Shown here: positions 39,230 to 48,525 of the stretch, piece after piece
Layout: each line of letters opens with the position of its first letter
Position numbering within the stretch: the stretch's first letter is position 1
Origin: an uncultured Gemmatimonadales bacterium
Lineage (GTDB): Bacteria > Gemmatimonadota > Gemmatimonadetes > Longimicrobiales > RSA9
Direction: 5' to 3'
Length of the DNA: 64,000 nucleotides
Assembly (NCBI GenBank): GCA_963741945.1
Contig: CAVUKA010000005.1
Span: forward strand, 522,557-586,556
Notes under the pieces: generated by a model
The model's database searches: none
Seen by the model: the letters and a program-made list of their open reading frames with translations, nothing else
Told to the model about the DNA's origin: nothing
Translations under genes and position numbers: made by a program

Positions 39230-39844
39230 ATGACCACGCGACGCCTCCTGCCCGTTCTCGCACTCCTCGCCATTGCCGCGTGCGACGACCCGACGCCCCC
39301 GGACGCCGGACGCCTGACCGACCCCGAGCTTGCGAACCTCTCCGACGCCATGGTCGGCGACGACTTCGCCAACACCACGGCGGCCGCCGAGATCGGCGTC
39401 GCGCCGGCCGCCACGTCCACCTTCAGCGCGAGCCCCAGGAGCGGGACCATGGACTTCACCGCCACGTGGACCTGCCCGCTCGGCGGCCAGATCAGTGTGG
39501 CGGGAACGCGGACGCGCGAATGGGACTTCGAGGCGGGCACCGGGTCCATGGACCTGTCCGTGACCAAGACGCACCTGGACTGCGCCCGGCAGCTCCCGGC
39601 CACCACGATCACGTTGAACGGCGATGTGGCGCTCCTGGCACACCACGAATGGGAGCGGCACGCACGCCGGGGCGCCCAGACCATGTCGCTCGACGGGGAG
39701 CTCGGATGGGTCACCGCCGACGGCCGCGAGGGCACCTGCACCATCGATGTGGACGCGGTCTACGACCCGGCCACCGCCACCCGCACCGTCTCCGGCACCT
39801 TCTGCGACCGCGAGATCAGCATCACCCGCAGCTGGAGCTGGTAG
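39230..39844 (+). CDS. hypothetical lipoprotein
   Basis: ATG 39230 gives MTTRRLLPVLALLAIAAC (lipobox). Four further Cys residues. No recognised family. Confidence 0.6.
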   Translation: MTTRRLLPVLALLAIAACDDPTPPDAGRLTDPELANLSDAMVGDDFANTTAAAEIGVAPAATSTFSASPRSGTMDFTATWTCPLGGQISVAGTRTREWDFEAGTGSMDLSVTKTHLDCARQLPATTITLNGDVALLAHHEWERHARRGAQTMSLDGELGWVTADGREGTCTIDVDAVYDPATATRTVSGTFCDREISITRSWSW

Positions 39845-39850
39845 CGGCCG

Positions 39851-40642
39851 TCAGCGCGGCCAGCTCGCCTCCAGGACGGCGGGGATGACCCGGTGCCCGC
39901 CGGGGTACCGGGTCACCTCCGCCGCCAACCCCCGCCCCGACAGCCACTCCATTCCCACCCGCGACCGCTCCCCCGCCCACGCATCATCGGCTCCCACCAC
40001 GAACCGGATCCGGCTGCCCCGCAGCGCTGCCGCCGCGCTCTCCGGCAGATCGTGCGCCAGCCCGCCCGCCCAGAGGATCAGCTCCGCCGGACGGATCCGC
40101 CCCAGTGACACCCAGCGCGATGCCGCCGCCGCGCCCTGCGAGAAGCCCAGCACCCGGACGCTGCGCCCTTCCGGGGGGAGCAGCCCGGCCGCGTCGCCGC
40201 CACGAGCGGGATCCCGCGGCGGCTCGGAGGGGGGCGGCTCCAGCAGCGCCCCGGCCAGGCGGTCGAGGTACTCCACGGTGTCGCGGATCTCGTGCTCCCG
40301 GTCCTCGCGCGTCATCCACGTGGCACCCACCCGCGACGCCGGGCCGTGCTCGCCCTCGCCCTCGCCCTCGCCCTCGCCCGCATCGATGTAGAAACGGGAC
40401 AGCGCTTCGGGCGCTACCACCGCCCGCGCACCATCCCGTACTCCCGGCAGCCGCGCGAACCGACCGATGAACCGCCCCGCCAGCTGACCGTAGCCGTGCA
40501 GGACGAACCAGACCTCGCTCGCCCGCGCAGGGTCCCCCAGCACCTGGTAGCGCGCCGTTCGCGACACCCGGATCCACCCCGCCCGCGACTCCCCCACCGG
40601 CCCGGACGGCGCGGGGGGAGAGCCGTCCCCGCGCCCGCCCAT
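39851..40642 (-). CDS. alpha/beta hydrolase (phospholipase/carboxylesterase-like) with (GE)5 insertion
   Basis: Start ATG 40642, 14 nt after the ferritin stop. VWFVLHGYG and the nucleophile elbow GFSQGA. The long ORF to 40789 overlaps ferritin. Confidence 0.7.
   Translation of the reverse strand: MGGRGDGSPPAPSGPVGESRAGWIRVSRTARYQVLGDPARASEVWFVLHGYGQLAGRFIGRFARLPGVRDGARAVVAPEALSRFYIDAGEGEGEGEGEHGPASRVGATWMTREDREHEIRDTVEYLDRLAGALLEPPPSEPPRDPARGGDAAGLLPPEGRSVRVLGFSQGAAAASRWVSLGRIRPAELILWAGGLAHDLPESAAAALRGSRIRFVVGADDAWAGERSRVGMEWLSGRGLAAEVTRYPGGHRVIPAVLEASWPR
40349..40378. repeat. hexanucleotide microsatellite (CTCGCC)5
   Basis: Five perfect tandem units, in frame on the minus strand, encoding GEGEGEGEGE within the hydrolase. 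Confidence 0.9.
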
Positions 40643-40656
40643 CCCGATGCCGCTCA

Positions 40657-41148
40657 CTACTCCGCCGACCGGCTCCCGAACTTCGAGTCCAGCATCAGCA
40701 GCGCGGCCTTGTTCTCCCCGGCCATCGCCAACTGGTCCACTGCCCTGCCCGTGCTGTCCTCCTCCTCCACCTGCTCCGTGATGAACCACTGGAGCATCAC
40801 CTGCGTGGGGTAGTCGCTCGCCTTCTGCGCCGCCTCGTAGATCTTCCCGATCAGACCCGTCACCTTCCGCTCGTGCTCCAGCGCCGCCTTGAACGCCTCG
40901 TGCGGCGTGCCGAAATCGTGCGGCGGCTCGTCGATCTGCTTCAGCGACACGGCCTCGCCACGCTCCACCAGATAGTCGAACAGCCGCATCGCGTGCCCCG
41001 TCTCCTCCTTCGCCTGCGCCCGCATCCAGCTCGCGAACCCGTCGTAGTTGTGCGCCTCGAAGTGCGCCGCCATCGAGAGATAGAGGTAGCCGGCGTAGAA
41101 CTCGTGGGCCACCTGGTCGTTGATCAGCTCCTTCACCTTGCTGTCCAT
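40657..41148 (-). CDS. ftn: bacterial non-heme ferritin
   Basis: 163 aa. ELINDQVAHEFYAGYLYLSMAAHF, EETGHAMRLFDYL and ALEHERKVT ferroxidase-centre motifs. Confidence 0.9.
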   Translation of the reverse strand: MDSKVKELINDQVAHEFYAGYLYLSMAAHFEAHNYDGFASWMRAQAKEETGHAMRLFDYLVERGEAVSLKQIDEPPHDFGTPHEAFKAALEHERKVTGLIGKIYEAAQKASDYPTQVMLQWFITEQVEEEDSTGRAVDQLAMAGENKAALLMLDSKFGSRSAE

Positions 41149-41168
41149 GCTCGCTCCGTCCTCTTTCC

Positions 41169-41193
41169 GTAAGTAAGAATCATTATTGTTAAC
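41169..41193. promoter_or_regulatory. Fur-box-like AT-rich operator candidate upstream of ferritin
   Basis: GTAAGTAAGAATCATTATTGTTAAC lies 21-45 nt upstream of the ftn ATG. AATCATTAT and its complement ATAATGATT match the core of the Fur consensus GATAATGATAATCATTATC. It is the only AT-rich patch in this GC-rich spacer. Confidence 0.5.
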
Positions 41194-41232
41194 CTACCCG
41201 CCTCGCGCCCCCGGGTCAAGCCCGCAGGTGCA

Positions 41233-41367
41233 CAGGGCCAGGCTCCACAATCCACATTCTGGCCGTATGAACGCATCCTGTTCCCCTTCCGCCAGGGGGC
41301 AACGGCGTCATAGTGGGACAGCCGCATGACGGAAGTGGCCATTTGTGGATTGTGGAGCCTGGCCCTG
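41233..41367. repeat. 135-bp element bounded by a perfect 24-bp inverted repeat (MITE-like or structured RNA/operator)
   Basis: CAGGGCCAGGCTCCACAATCCACA (41233-41256) is the exact reverse complement of 41344-41367. The spacer is 87 nt. CCCGCAG is present on both flanks (41221-41227 and 41369-41375). Confidence 0.85.
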
Positions 41368-41442
41368 GCCCGCAGCATGGCGCGGGCCATGGGCGTCTGG
41401 TAACATAGGGCGCCGCGAAACCGGACAGGGGGGAACCGAGGT

Positions 41443-43827
41443 ATGTCGCACCTGCTGCTTGCGTTAGCCATAGCCATTCCGGCCGGGGGCGTTGCGCCCG
41501 GTGCGGGCGCTGAGCCGCCGTCGGCCTGGCCGGCGCTCCAGGCCCCGGCGGACAGCGCCGAGTACCGGGGGGACCGGGGTGAGCTGTCCGTCCGGGTGCC
41601 TCGCCTGCCGGAAGCCGGTATCCGCGTGGACGGTCGGCTGGACGAGGCCGCGTGGGGGGAGGCCGCGCGGCTGACCGGCTTCACGCAGTACCAGCCGGTG
41701 GAGGGGATCGCGGCGTCGCAGCCCACGGAAGTGCGGGTGCTGTACACGTCGGAAGCCATGTACTTCGGCATCCGCGCGTACGACTCGGACCCGTCGGCCA
41801 TCCGGGCCACGCTGACGGACCGGGATGGCGGCGTGGAGTCGGATGACTGGGTCCGGATCATCCTGGACACGTTCCACGACAACACGCAGGCGTACGTCTT
41901 CTATGTCAATCCGCTGGGAATCCAGGCGGACGGGCTGTGGGTGGAGGGTGCGGAGCAGCATTTCGGCCCGCCGATCGACTTCAACCCGGACTTCCTGTGG
42001 GAATCGGCGGGCGAGGTCACGGCCGACGGCTGGGTGGCGGAGATCCGGATCCCGTACGTGGGGCTCCGCTTCCGCGACCTGGCGGAGCAGAGCTGGGGCA
42101 TCAACGTGGCGCGCTCGATCCAGCGGTCGGAGTACCAGTCGTCGTGGGCACCGCTGACGCAGGACGCGGCGAACCAGCTGGAGCTCAACGGCGCGCTGGT
42201 GGGGCTGACGGGGCTGCACCCTCGTCGCCTGGTGGAGATCAACCCGGTGGCCACGGGGAAGCGAACGGGGGAGCGCGTGGCGACGGGCGCGTTCGAGCGC
42301 GACTCCTTCTCGCCGGAGCTCGGCGTGAACGCGCGGCTGGGGCTGAGCAGCAACCTGATCCTCGACGCCACGGTGAATCCCGACTTCTCGCAGGTGGAGG
42401 CGGACGCGGACCAGGTGTCGGTGAACGAGCGGTTCGCCCTCTACTTCCCCGAGAAGCGGCCGTTCTTCCTGGATGGCACGGAAGTCTTCAACACGCCCCA
42501 GCAGCTGGTCTACACGCGAGCGATCGTCGACCCGGTGGGCGGGGCGAAGCTCACGGGGAAGACGGGCGCGTTCAAGATGGGCTACCTGGGGGCACTGGAC
42601 CGGAGCCCGGTCACGTTCGGGAGCGCGTCGCAGGACGCCCTCTTCAACCTCGTGCGGGTCCGCGGGGACCTGGGCTCGGGGTCCAGCGTGGGCGCGCTGT
42701 ACACGGACCGGACGCTCCTGGGCGGCGAGGGGTTCAACCGCGTGGGCTCGCTCGACAGCCGCCTCATCCTGGCCGGGCGCTACACGCTCACGGCGCAGCT
42801 CGCGGGCGCCTGGTCGAAGGAGGAAGACGACGCCGGGACCCCGTCCACCCTGTTCGGCCCCCTCTTCTACGCCCAGCTCGCGCGCAGCGGCTGGGGGTTG
42901 TCCTGGGATGTCTCCGCCGAGGACGTGCACCCGGACTTCCGCGCCCGCAGCGGGTTCATCCGCCGCATCGGAGACGCCCGGCTGGCGGCCGAGGCCCAGT
43001 ACACGTTCCACAACCAGGCGGGCGCGTTCCTGGAGGACTGGAGCCCGCAGGTCGAGGCGGAAGCCTACTTCGATCACGAGGACCTGTGGGCGGGCCGCCG
43101 CTACCAGGAGGCCAGCGTGCAGGCGGGCCTCGACATCAGCCTGCGCGGTCCGAACGGCGGCCAGGGCGAGGTGTCGTACGGCTACTTCGCGTTCGATCCG
43201 GCCGACTACGCCGGCTACGAGCGTCCGGCCGCGGGCGCCGGCTACATCCCCATGGAAGCGCGCGCTCCCCTGTCCGGCCTCCTCCGCCTCCACGCCTTCG
43301 GCCGGTCGCAGCCCGTGTCCTGGCTCTCGCTCCACCTGGACGGCTCCTACGGCGAGGTGCCCATCTACGCGGAAGCCTCCCGCGGCGTGGAGCTGGGGCT
43401 CGAGCCGAGCGCCAACATCAGTTTCCGCAACGGGCTCTCCGCCGACCTCTCCTTCACCTACTCCCGCATCCGCCGGGCTGGCGGCGGCGGCCGCTTCAGC
43501 GTGGCCCAGATCCCGCGCGTCAAGATCCGGTATCAGCTCACGCGTGCGCTCTTCACGCGCGCCATCCTGCAGTACAACCTGGAGGAGCGCGATGCCCTGC
43601 GCTGGTCGGACGGGCTGCCGCTCCGCGTCAATGGCGACATCAGCACCCCCGACGACCGTGGCGAAGTCCAGTACGACCTCCTCGTGGGCTACGAGCCGTC
43701 GCCGGGCACCGTGGTCTACGCCGGCTGGACCCGTACGCGCGTGGGGCCGAACACCTACCGGTTCGGCCGGCTCGAGCCCTCGGCCGAAGGGCTGTTCCTG
43801 AAAGTCAGCTACCTCTTCCGCCTCTGA
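41443..43827 (+). CDS. DUF5916 / CBM9-like domain outer-membrane protein
   Basis: IRVDGRLDEAAWGEAARLTGFTQYQP...YFGIRAYD...DWVRIILDTFHD (CBM9-like N-terminus), then a long beta-rich region ending LFLKVSYLFRL. Confidence 0.75.
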   Translation: MSHLLLALAIAIPAGGVAPGAGAEPPSAWPALQAPADSAEYRGDRGELSVRVPRLPEAGIRVDGRLDEAAWGEAARLTGFTQYQPVEGIAASQPTEVRVLYTSEAMYFGIRAYDSDPSAIRATLTDRDGGVESDDWVRIILDTFHDNTQAYVFYVNPLGIQADGLWVEGAEQHFGPPIDFNPDFLWESAGEVTADGWVAEIRIPYVGLRFRDLAEQSWGINVARSIQRSEYQSSWAPLTQDAANQLELNGALVGLTGLHPRRLVEINPVATGKRTGERVATGAFERDSFSPELGVNARLGLSSNLILDATVNPDFSQVEADADQVSVNERFALYFPEKRPFFLDGTEVFNTPQQLVYTRAIVDPVGGAKLTGKTGAFKMGYLGALDRSPVTFGSASQDALFNLVRVRGDLGSGSSVGALYTDRTLLGGEGFNRVGSLDSRLILAGRYTLTAQLAGAWSKEEDDAGTPSTLFGPLFYAQLARSGWGLSWDVSAEDVHPDFRARSGFIRRIGDARLAAEAQYTFHNQAGAFLEDWSPQVEAEAYFDHEDLWAGRRYQEASVQAGLDISLRGPNGGQGEVSYGYFAFDPADYAGYERPAAGAGYIPMEARAPLSGLLRLHAFGRSQPVSWLSLHLDGSYGEVPIYAEASRGVELGLEPSANISFRNGLSADLSFTYSRIRRAGGGGRFSVAQIPRVKIRYQLTRALFTRAILQYNLEERDALRWSDGLPLRVNGDISTPDDRGEVQYDLLVGYEPSPGTVVYAGWTRTRVGPNTYRFGRLEPSAEGLFLKVSYLFRL

Positions 43828-44141
43828 TCCGGCGGCCCCGCCGCCGCTCCCCGGGCTCCGCGTCGCCACCGTGTTGTGGGCCGGACCGGGGATCGTCCCA
43901 TCCCGCTACAAAGTTGCCGGTCGCACCCTGTCGCAACGGCCCGCGCTGACCCCGTAACACGAGGTCCGCCAGAGACTTGGGGGGCGGCCCCCTCCGGGGC
44001 ACAGGCATTGCCCTTCTGCCGGGTCAGCATTGAACTCCCATACCGCTCCGCCGATGCTGGCGGGCTCCGGTGCGTTCACAGACGCTCGCCGGGCGGCCCG
44101 GACGGCCTCGCAATGAAGCGCAGGAAGGGCTGACGGGAACG

Positions 44142-45299
44142 ATGAACCAGGCCTCGGGAACGCAGGGGAGCGCAGGGGCTCGGCCTCACGGGGGCGGCCC
44201 GGCGCTGGCGGTGCTCGCACTCCAGGGGGGCGCCCCGTTCTGGCGGAAGCTGCAGCCGGACTGGCCGATGGTCGCGATGGAAGTGACCATCGTGCTGCTC
44301 ATGCTGACGCTGGTCGGGTTCCTCATTGCCGCGCTGCTGCTGCGGCGGCGGAACAACCGCAAGGCGGAGCACTGGGGGTCCCTCGAGCGAACCTGGAGCT
44401 CGCTGCTCCGCGCCGTGTGCGACGGCTCGGCGGACAGCGCGGCGATCCGCTCGACGATCGCGCCGCGCGAAGAGCTGTTCTTCGTCGACTTCCTCTACAA
44501 GCGGGCGCTTCAGACCGACGACCCGGAGGACCGGGCCACGCTTTCACGGCTGGCGACGCCGTACCTGCCGCGCATCGCGTCGCGCACCCGCGGGGGCGAC
44601 CCCGAGCGGCGGGCCCGGGCGGTGAAAACGCTGGCGGAGCTGGGCGGGAAGAGCCACGGGCACCTGCTGGTGGCGGCGCTCGATGACCCCTCGCCGCTGG
44701 TGGCCATGAGCGCGGCCCGCGGACTGGCGCAGTCGGCGGGGGCGAGCAGCGTGCGCGAGATCGTGAGCCGCATCGGCCGTTTCAGCGACTGGAACCGCCG
44801 CTTTCTGCGGGCGACGCTCACGCAGCTCGGGCCGCCGGCGATCCCGGCGCTCCGCGACATCGTGCGCGAGCGGCCGCTGGCGCCCGGCGTTCGGGCGGTA
44901 TGCATGGACGCGCTGGCGGAGCTGGACGACCGCGGCGCCGCGGAGCTGGCGGAGCTGGCGCTGTGGACGGAAGAGGACGTGGACCTGCGCGCTGCGGCGC
45001 TCCGGCTGCTCCGGCGGTGCGGCGGGCCGGAGCACGCGGAAGTGGTGCGCCCGCTGTGCGCGCACGAGGACCCGGTGATCCGGGCGCAGGCGGTGGGGAC
45101 GCTGGCGACGATCGGAGAGGAGAGGGACATGGCCGTGCTCGAAAGAGCGGTGCACGACCCGTCCGCGTGGGTGGCGCTGCACGCGGCGCGGGGGCTGAAG
45201 TCCCGGGGCCGTTCGGGGTTCCTGCGGCGCGCCATGGAATCGGAGGACGCGTCGGCCCCGGCCGGGCTCGCCCTCCAGGTGCTGCTGGAGGAGGGCTGA
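44142..45299 (+). CDS. membrane-anchored HEAT-repeat protein
   Basis: One TM helix (VTIVLLMLTLVGFLIAALLL, followed by RRRNNRK), then repeated HEAT_2-like units (DPSPLVAMSAARGLAQ, DPVIRAQAVGTLATIG, DPSAWVALHAARGLK). Start uncertain (44070, 44142 or later). Confidence 0.7.
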   Translation: MNQASGTQGSAGARPHGGGPALAVLALQGGAPFWRKLQPDWPMVAMEVTIVLLMLTLVGFLIAALLLRRRNNRKAEHWGSLERTWSSLLRAVCDGSADSAAIRSTIAPREELFFVDFLYKRALQTDDPEDRATLSRLATPYLPRIASRTRGGDPERRARAVKTLAELGGKSHGHLLVAALDDPSPLVAMSAARGLAQSAGASSVREIVSRIGRFSDWNRRFLRATLTQLGPPAIPALRDIVRERPLAPGVRAVCMDALAELDDRGAAELAELALWTEEDVDLRAAALRLLRRCGGPEHAEVVRPLCAHEDPVIRAQAVGTLATIGEERDMAVLERAVHDPSAWVALHAARGLKSRGRSGFLRRAMESEDASAPAGLALQVLLEEG

Positions 45300-45300
45300 C

Positions 45301-46851
45301 ATGGGCGCGCACATCCTGCTGCTGGCGCTGATCGTCCTGAACGTGGTGGTGTTCGGGTACTTCCTGATCCTTAACGGCTACTACCTGGTCACCAGCCTCA
45401 CGTCCTTCCGCGCGCTGCGGCGCTACGCCCGGCGGCTCAACTCGCTGGACATCGAGGACATCATGCAGGCGGGTGGCGCGCCGCCCGTGTCGCTGATGGT
45501 GCCGGCGTACAACGAGTCGGTGGGGATCGCGGACTCCGTCCGCTCGCTCCTGGACCTGCGCTACCCGGACTACGAGATCCTGGTCATCAACGACGGCTCC
45601 ACCAATGACACCCTCGACGTTCTGCGGAGCGCGTTCGACCTGCGCCCGTCCGCGCGCGTCCCGACGGCGGAGCTCGGGCACGGCAAGGTCCGCGGGCTCT
45701 ATCGCAGCCGCAGCCACCCGTTCCTCTGGGTGATCGACAAGGAGAACGGTGGCAAGGCGGACGCCCTGAACGTGGCGCTCGACTACTGCCAGGCGCCGTT
45801 CTTCTGCTCGCTCGACGCGGACAGCGCGCTCGAGCGGGATGCGCTGCTCCGGCTGATCCGCCCGTTCCTGGAGAACGCGAACACCGTGGCGGCCGGCGGC
45901 ATCGTCCGGGTGGCCAACGGCTCGACGTTCGAGGATGGCAGGGTGGTGGACATCCGCCTGCCCCGGAAGCTCCTGCCGCAGCTGCAGGTGGTGGAGTACC
46001 TGCGCGCTTTCCTGGCCGGGCGCATGGGGTGGTCCAGCCTCAACGTCATGCTCATCGTCTCGGGCGCGTTCGGCATGTTCCGCCGCGCCGCCGTGGTGGA
46101 CGTGGGCGGCTACGCAAGCGACACGGTGGGCGAGGACATGGAGCTGACGCTCCGGCTCCACCGCCGCTTCCGCGAGGCGGGCGAGCCGTACGAGATCGCG
46201 TTCGTCCCCGACCCGGTGGCGTGGACGGAAGTCCCCGAGCGCCTGGGCGACCTGGGCCGCCAGCGCGACCGGTGGCAGCGCGGGCTGATCCAGAGCCTGG
46301 CCAAGCACCGGAAGATGCTCTTCCGCCCCAAGTACGGACGCATCGGCATGGTGGCCTTCCCCTACTTCTGGTTCATGGAAGGCTTCGGCCCGGTGGTCGA
46401 GCTGGTGGGCTACGTCGCATTCATCACCGCCGTCCTCCTCGGCTGGGCGTCCACCACGTACGTGGCCGCCTTCCTCATCGTGGCCGTGATCTTCGGCGTC
46501 CTGCTCTCCGTGGCCGCCGTGGCGCTCGAGGAGCTCGTGTTCCGGCGCTACCAGCACCCGGCGGACTTCAGGCGCATGCTGGTCCTCTCCGTCATCGAGA
46601 GCTTCGGCTTCCGCCAGCTGCTCACGTTGTGGCGCTTCCGCGGCGTGCTCTCCGCATTCCTGGGCAGCCAGGAGTGGGGCCACAAGCAGCGGCACGGCGT
46701 CATCCATCACCGCGAGGACCGCGAGGACCGCGAAGCGGGCGATGTGGTCGGGGAGCGGGACGGGCGCGCGCAGGATGAAGCACACGAGGAGAGTGGAGGC
46801 CGCGGCGTCCGGCCGGTGGAGCCGCTCGTGGCCGTGGAGCGATCGGCATGA
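45301..46851 (+). CDS. processive family-2 glycosyltransferase (PgaC/IcaA/NodC-like polysaccharide synthase)
   Basis: Starts 1 nt after the HEAT gene stop. N-terminal TM helices, VPAYNE, INDGSTNDT, DADS, GEDMELT and QRDRWQRG (QxxRW), then C-terminal TM helices. Confidence 0.85.
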   Translation: MGAHILLLALIVLNVVVFGYFLILNGYYLVTSLTSFRALRRYARRLNSLDIEDIMQAGGAPPVSLMVPAYNESVGIADSVRSLLDLRYPDYEILVINDGSTNDTLDVLRSAFDLRPSARVPTAELGHGKVRGLYRSRSHPFLWVIDKENGGKADALNVALDYCQAPFFCSLDADSALERDALLRLIRPFLENANTVAAGGIVRVANGSTFEDGRVVDIRLPRKLLPQLQVVEYLRAFLAGRMGWSSLNVMLIVSGAFGMFRRAAVVDVGGYASDTVGEDMELTLRLHRRFREAGEPYEIAFVPDPVAWTEVPERLGDLGRQRDRWQRGLIQSLAKHRKMLFRPKYGRIGMVAFPYFWFMEGFGPVVELVGYVAFITAVLLGWASTTYVAAFLIVAVIFGVLLSVAAVALEELVFRRYQHPADFRRMLVLSVIESFGFRQLLTLWRFRGVLSAFLGSQEWGHKQRHGVIHHREDREDREAGDVVGERDGRAQDEAHEESGGRGVRPVEPLVAVERSA

Positions 46852-48503
46852 GAACGCGAGCGTGGATGCGCGAACGAGCGATGCGCGAAGGAGCTGCAGC
46901 CGTGAAGAAGCTTGTCCTGGCCGCCTGCTTCCTGGCCGTGGCGGCCCCCGCCACCGGGCAGGTCGGGGACTCGGCCAACACCGCCTGGATCCGCGGCGAC
47001 GTGCAGGCCGCCGCGCGGCTGTACGAGCAGCGCCTGGCGCAGGATTCCAGCGACATCAGCGCGCTGCACCGGCTGGCGCTGGCGAAAGCGTGGAACCGGC
47101 AGTTCGACGAGAGCCTGCCCCTGTTCGAGCGCCTGCTCCGCATGGACCCGGGCAACACGGAAGTTCGCCTCCACGAGGCCAACGCCCTGGCCTGGGCGGG
47201 GCGGCTGGACGACGCCCGCCGCCAGGCGGAAGCGGTGCTGCGGGAGCAGCCGGGTGACACGGCGGCCATCTCGGCCCTCGCCCGCTTCAGCGGGTGGGCC
47301 GGGCGCTACGAGGACTCCCGCCGCTACTACCGCCAGGTGCTGCGGCTGGACCCGGACAACGTGGAAGCGGCGAAAGGGCTCGCCCGCGTCGCGGCGTGGA
47401 GCGGACACCTGCGTGAAAGCGAGCGCCGCTGGCGCGAGGTGCTCGCCGCACAGCCCGGCGACGTGGACGCGCTGGTGGGGCTCGCGGCCACGCTCCGCTG
47501 GCAGGGGCGGACTTCCGCGGGGCTCGACGTCCTGGACCGGGCGGAGCGGCTGGCGCCCGAGAATGCCGACGTGGAAGCGCAGCGCCGCTGGCTGCTCGCC
47601 GCGGCGGGGCCGAGCCTGGCCCCCGGCTACCTGTACGAGAGCGACTCCGACGGCAACCGGGCGGAGACGTTCCGCCTGGCCGGCTCGTGGCTGGTGGCGC
47701 GCCGCGTGGGGCTGCGCTTCACGGCCGACACCCGCGACTTCACCCAGGAGACGGGGCTCGCCCGCGAGAGCTCGGCGCGCCGCGCCGACCTGGTGCTCAG
47801 CCTGGGGCTCGGCGCCGGCTGGACCCTCTCGGGGGGCGGCGGGGTGAGGACCGGGGACGGGGCCACGCAGGAGTCCATGGGGCTCTGGCAGGCGGCCCTG
47901 TCGTCGCCCACGTACCTCCCGGTGAGCGCGTCGCTGAGCGCGAGCCGCAGCGCGTTCGACTACACGGCGCAGCTGGCGCAGAACAACGTGGCGGTGGAGG
48001 AGGCGTCGCTGGGCCTGAGCTCGGTGCTGCTGGCGCGGCGCCTGCGCCTGAGCGCGCGCGGAGGCATCGCCCGCTTCCTGGCCGCCGAGGACAACACCCG
48101 CTGGCTGGCCAATGCCCGGGTCTCGTTCCATCCCGTCCCCGTCTTCTCGGTGGGCGTGAACGGCCGCGGCTTCGGCTTCGAGAAGGACCTGGCGGAAGGC
48201 TACTGGGACCCGACGTTCTACGGCCTCGTCGAAGTGCCGCTCGGGCTTTCGCTGGAAACGGACCACTTCTTCGGCGGCGCCGAAGTGGCGCCCGGCTACC
48301 AGACCGTGGACCACCCGGTCATCCAGGTGGACCACGGCGCGCTCCGGGCCGATGCCCGCATCGGATTCCGCTTCGCTCCCGGCCGGCAGATCGCCATCTC
48401 GGGCACCGTGGCCAACTCCGGCGTCCAGAGAGTCTCCCCCGTCCCGGACGCGCAGTACGAGTACCGGGCCGTGAACGTCATGCTCAGCTGGTCGCTCCGC
48501 TGA
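46848..48503 (+). CDS. TPR-repeat plus beta-rich C-terminal domain protein (PgaA/BcsC-like export candidate)
   Basis: ATGA overlap with the GT2 stop. Signal peptide. About 6 TPR-like units (LDPGN, LDPDNVEA ...). The C-terminal half has alternating beta-strand patterns. Confidence 0.7.
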   Translation: MRTRAWMRERAMREGAAAVKKLVLAACFLAVAAPATGQVGDSANTAWIRGDVQAAARLYEQRLAQDSSDISALHRLALAKAWNRQFDESLPLFERLLRMDPGNTEVRLHEANALAWAGRLDDARRQAEAVLREQPGDTAAISALARFSGWAGRYEDSRRYYRQVLRLDPDNVEAAKGLARVAAWSGHLRESERRWREVLAAQPGDVDALVGLAATLRWQGRTSAGLDVLDRAERLAPENADVEAQRRWLLAAAGPSLAPGYLYESDSDGNRAETFRLAGSWLVARRVGLRFTADTRDFTQETGLARESSARRADLVLSLGLGAGWTLSGGGGVRTGDGATQESMGLWQAALSSPTYLPVSASLSASRSAFDYTAQLAQNNVAVEEASLGLSSVLLARRLRLSARGGIARFLAAEDNTRWLANARVSFHPVPVFSVGVNGRGFGFEKDLAEGYWDPTFYGLVEVPLGLSLETDHFFGGAEVAPGYQTVDHPVIQVDHGALRADARIGFRFAPGRQIAISGTVANSGVQRVSPVPDAQYEYRAVNVMLSWSLR

Positions 48504-48525
48504 GGACGTGAGGGAAAGGGCGACG

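Noticed and set aside
39851-40789. 312-aa version of the alpha/beta hydrolase ORF.
   Set aside because: Its first 49 codons overlap the 3' end of the ferritin gene and are Gly-rich. ATG 40642, just downstream of the ferritin stop, gives a sensible protein.
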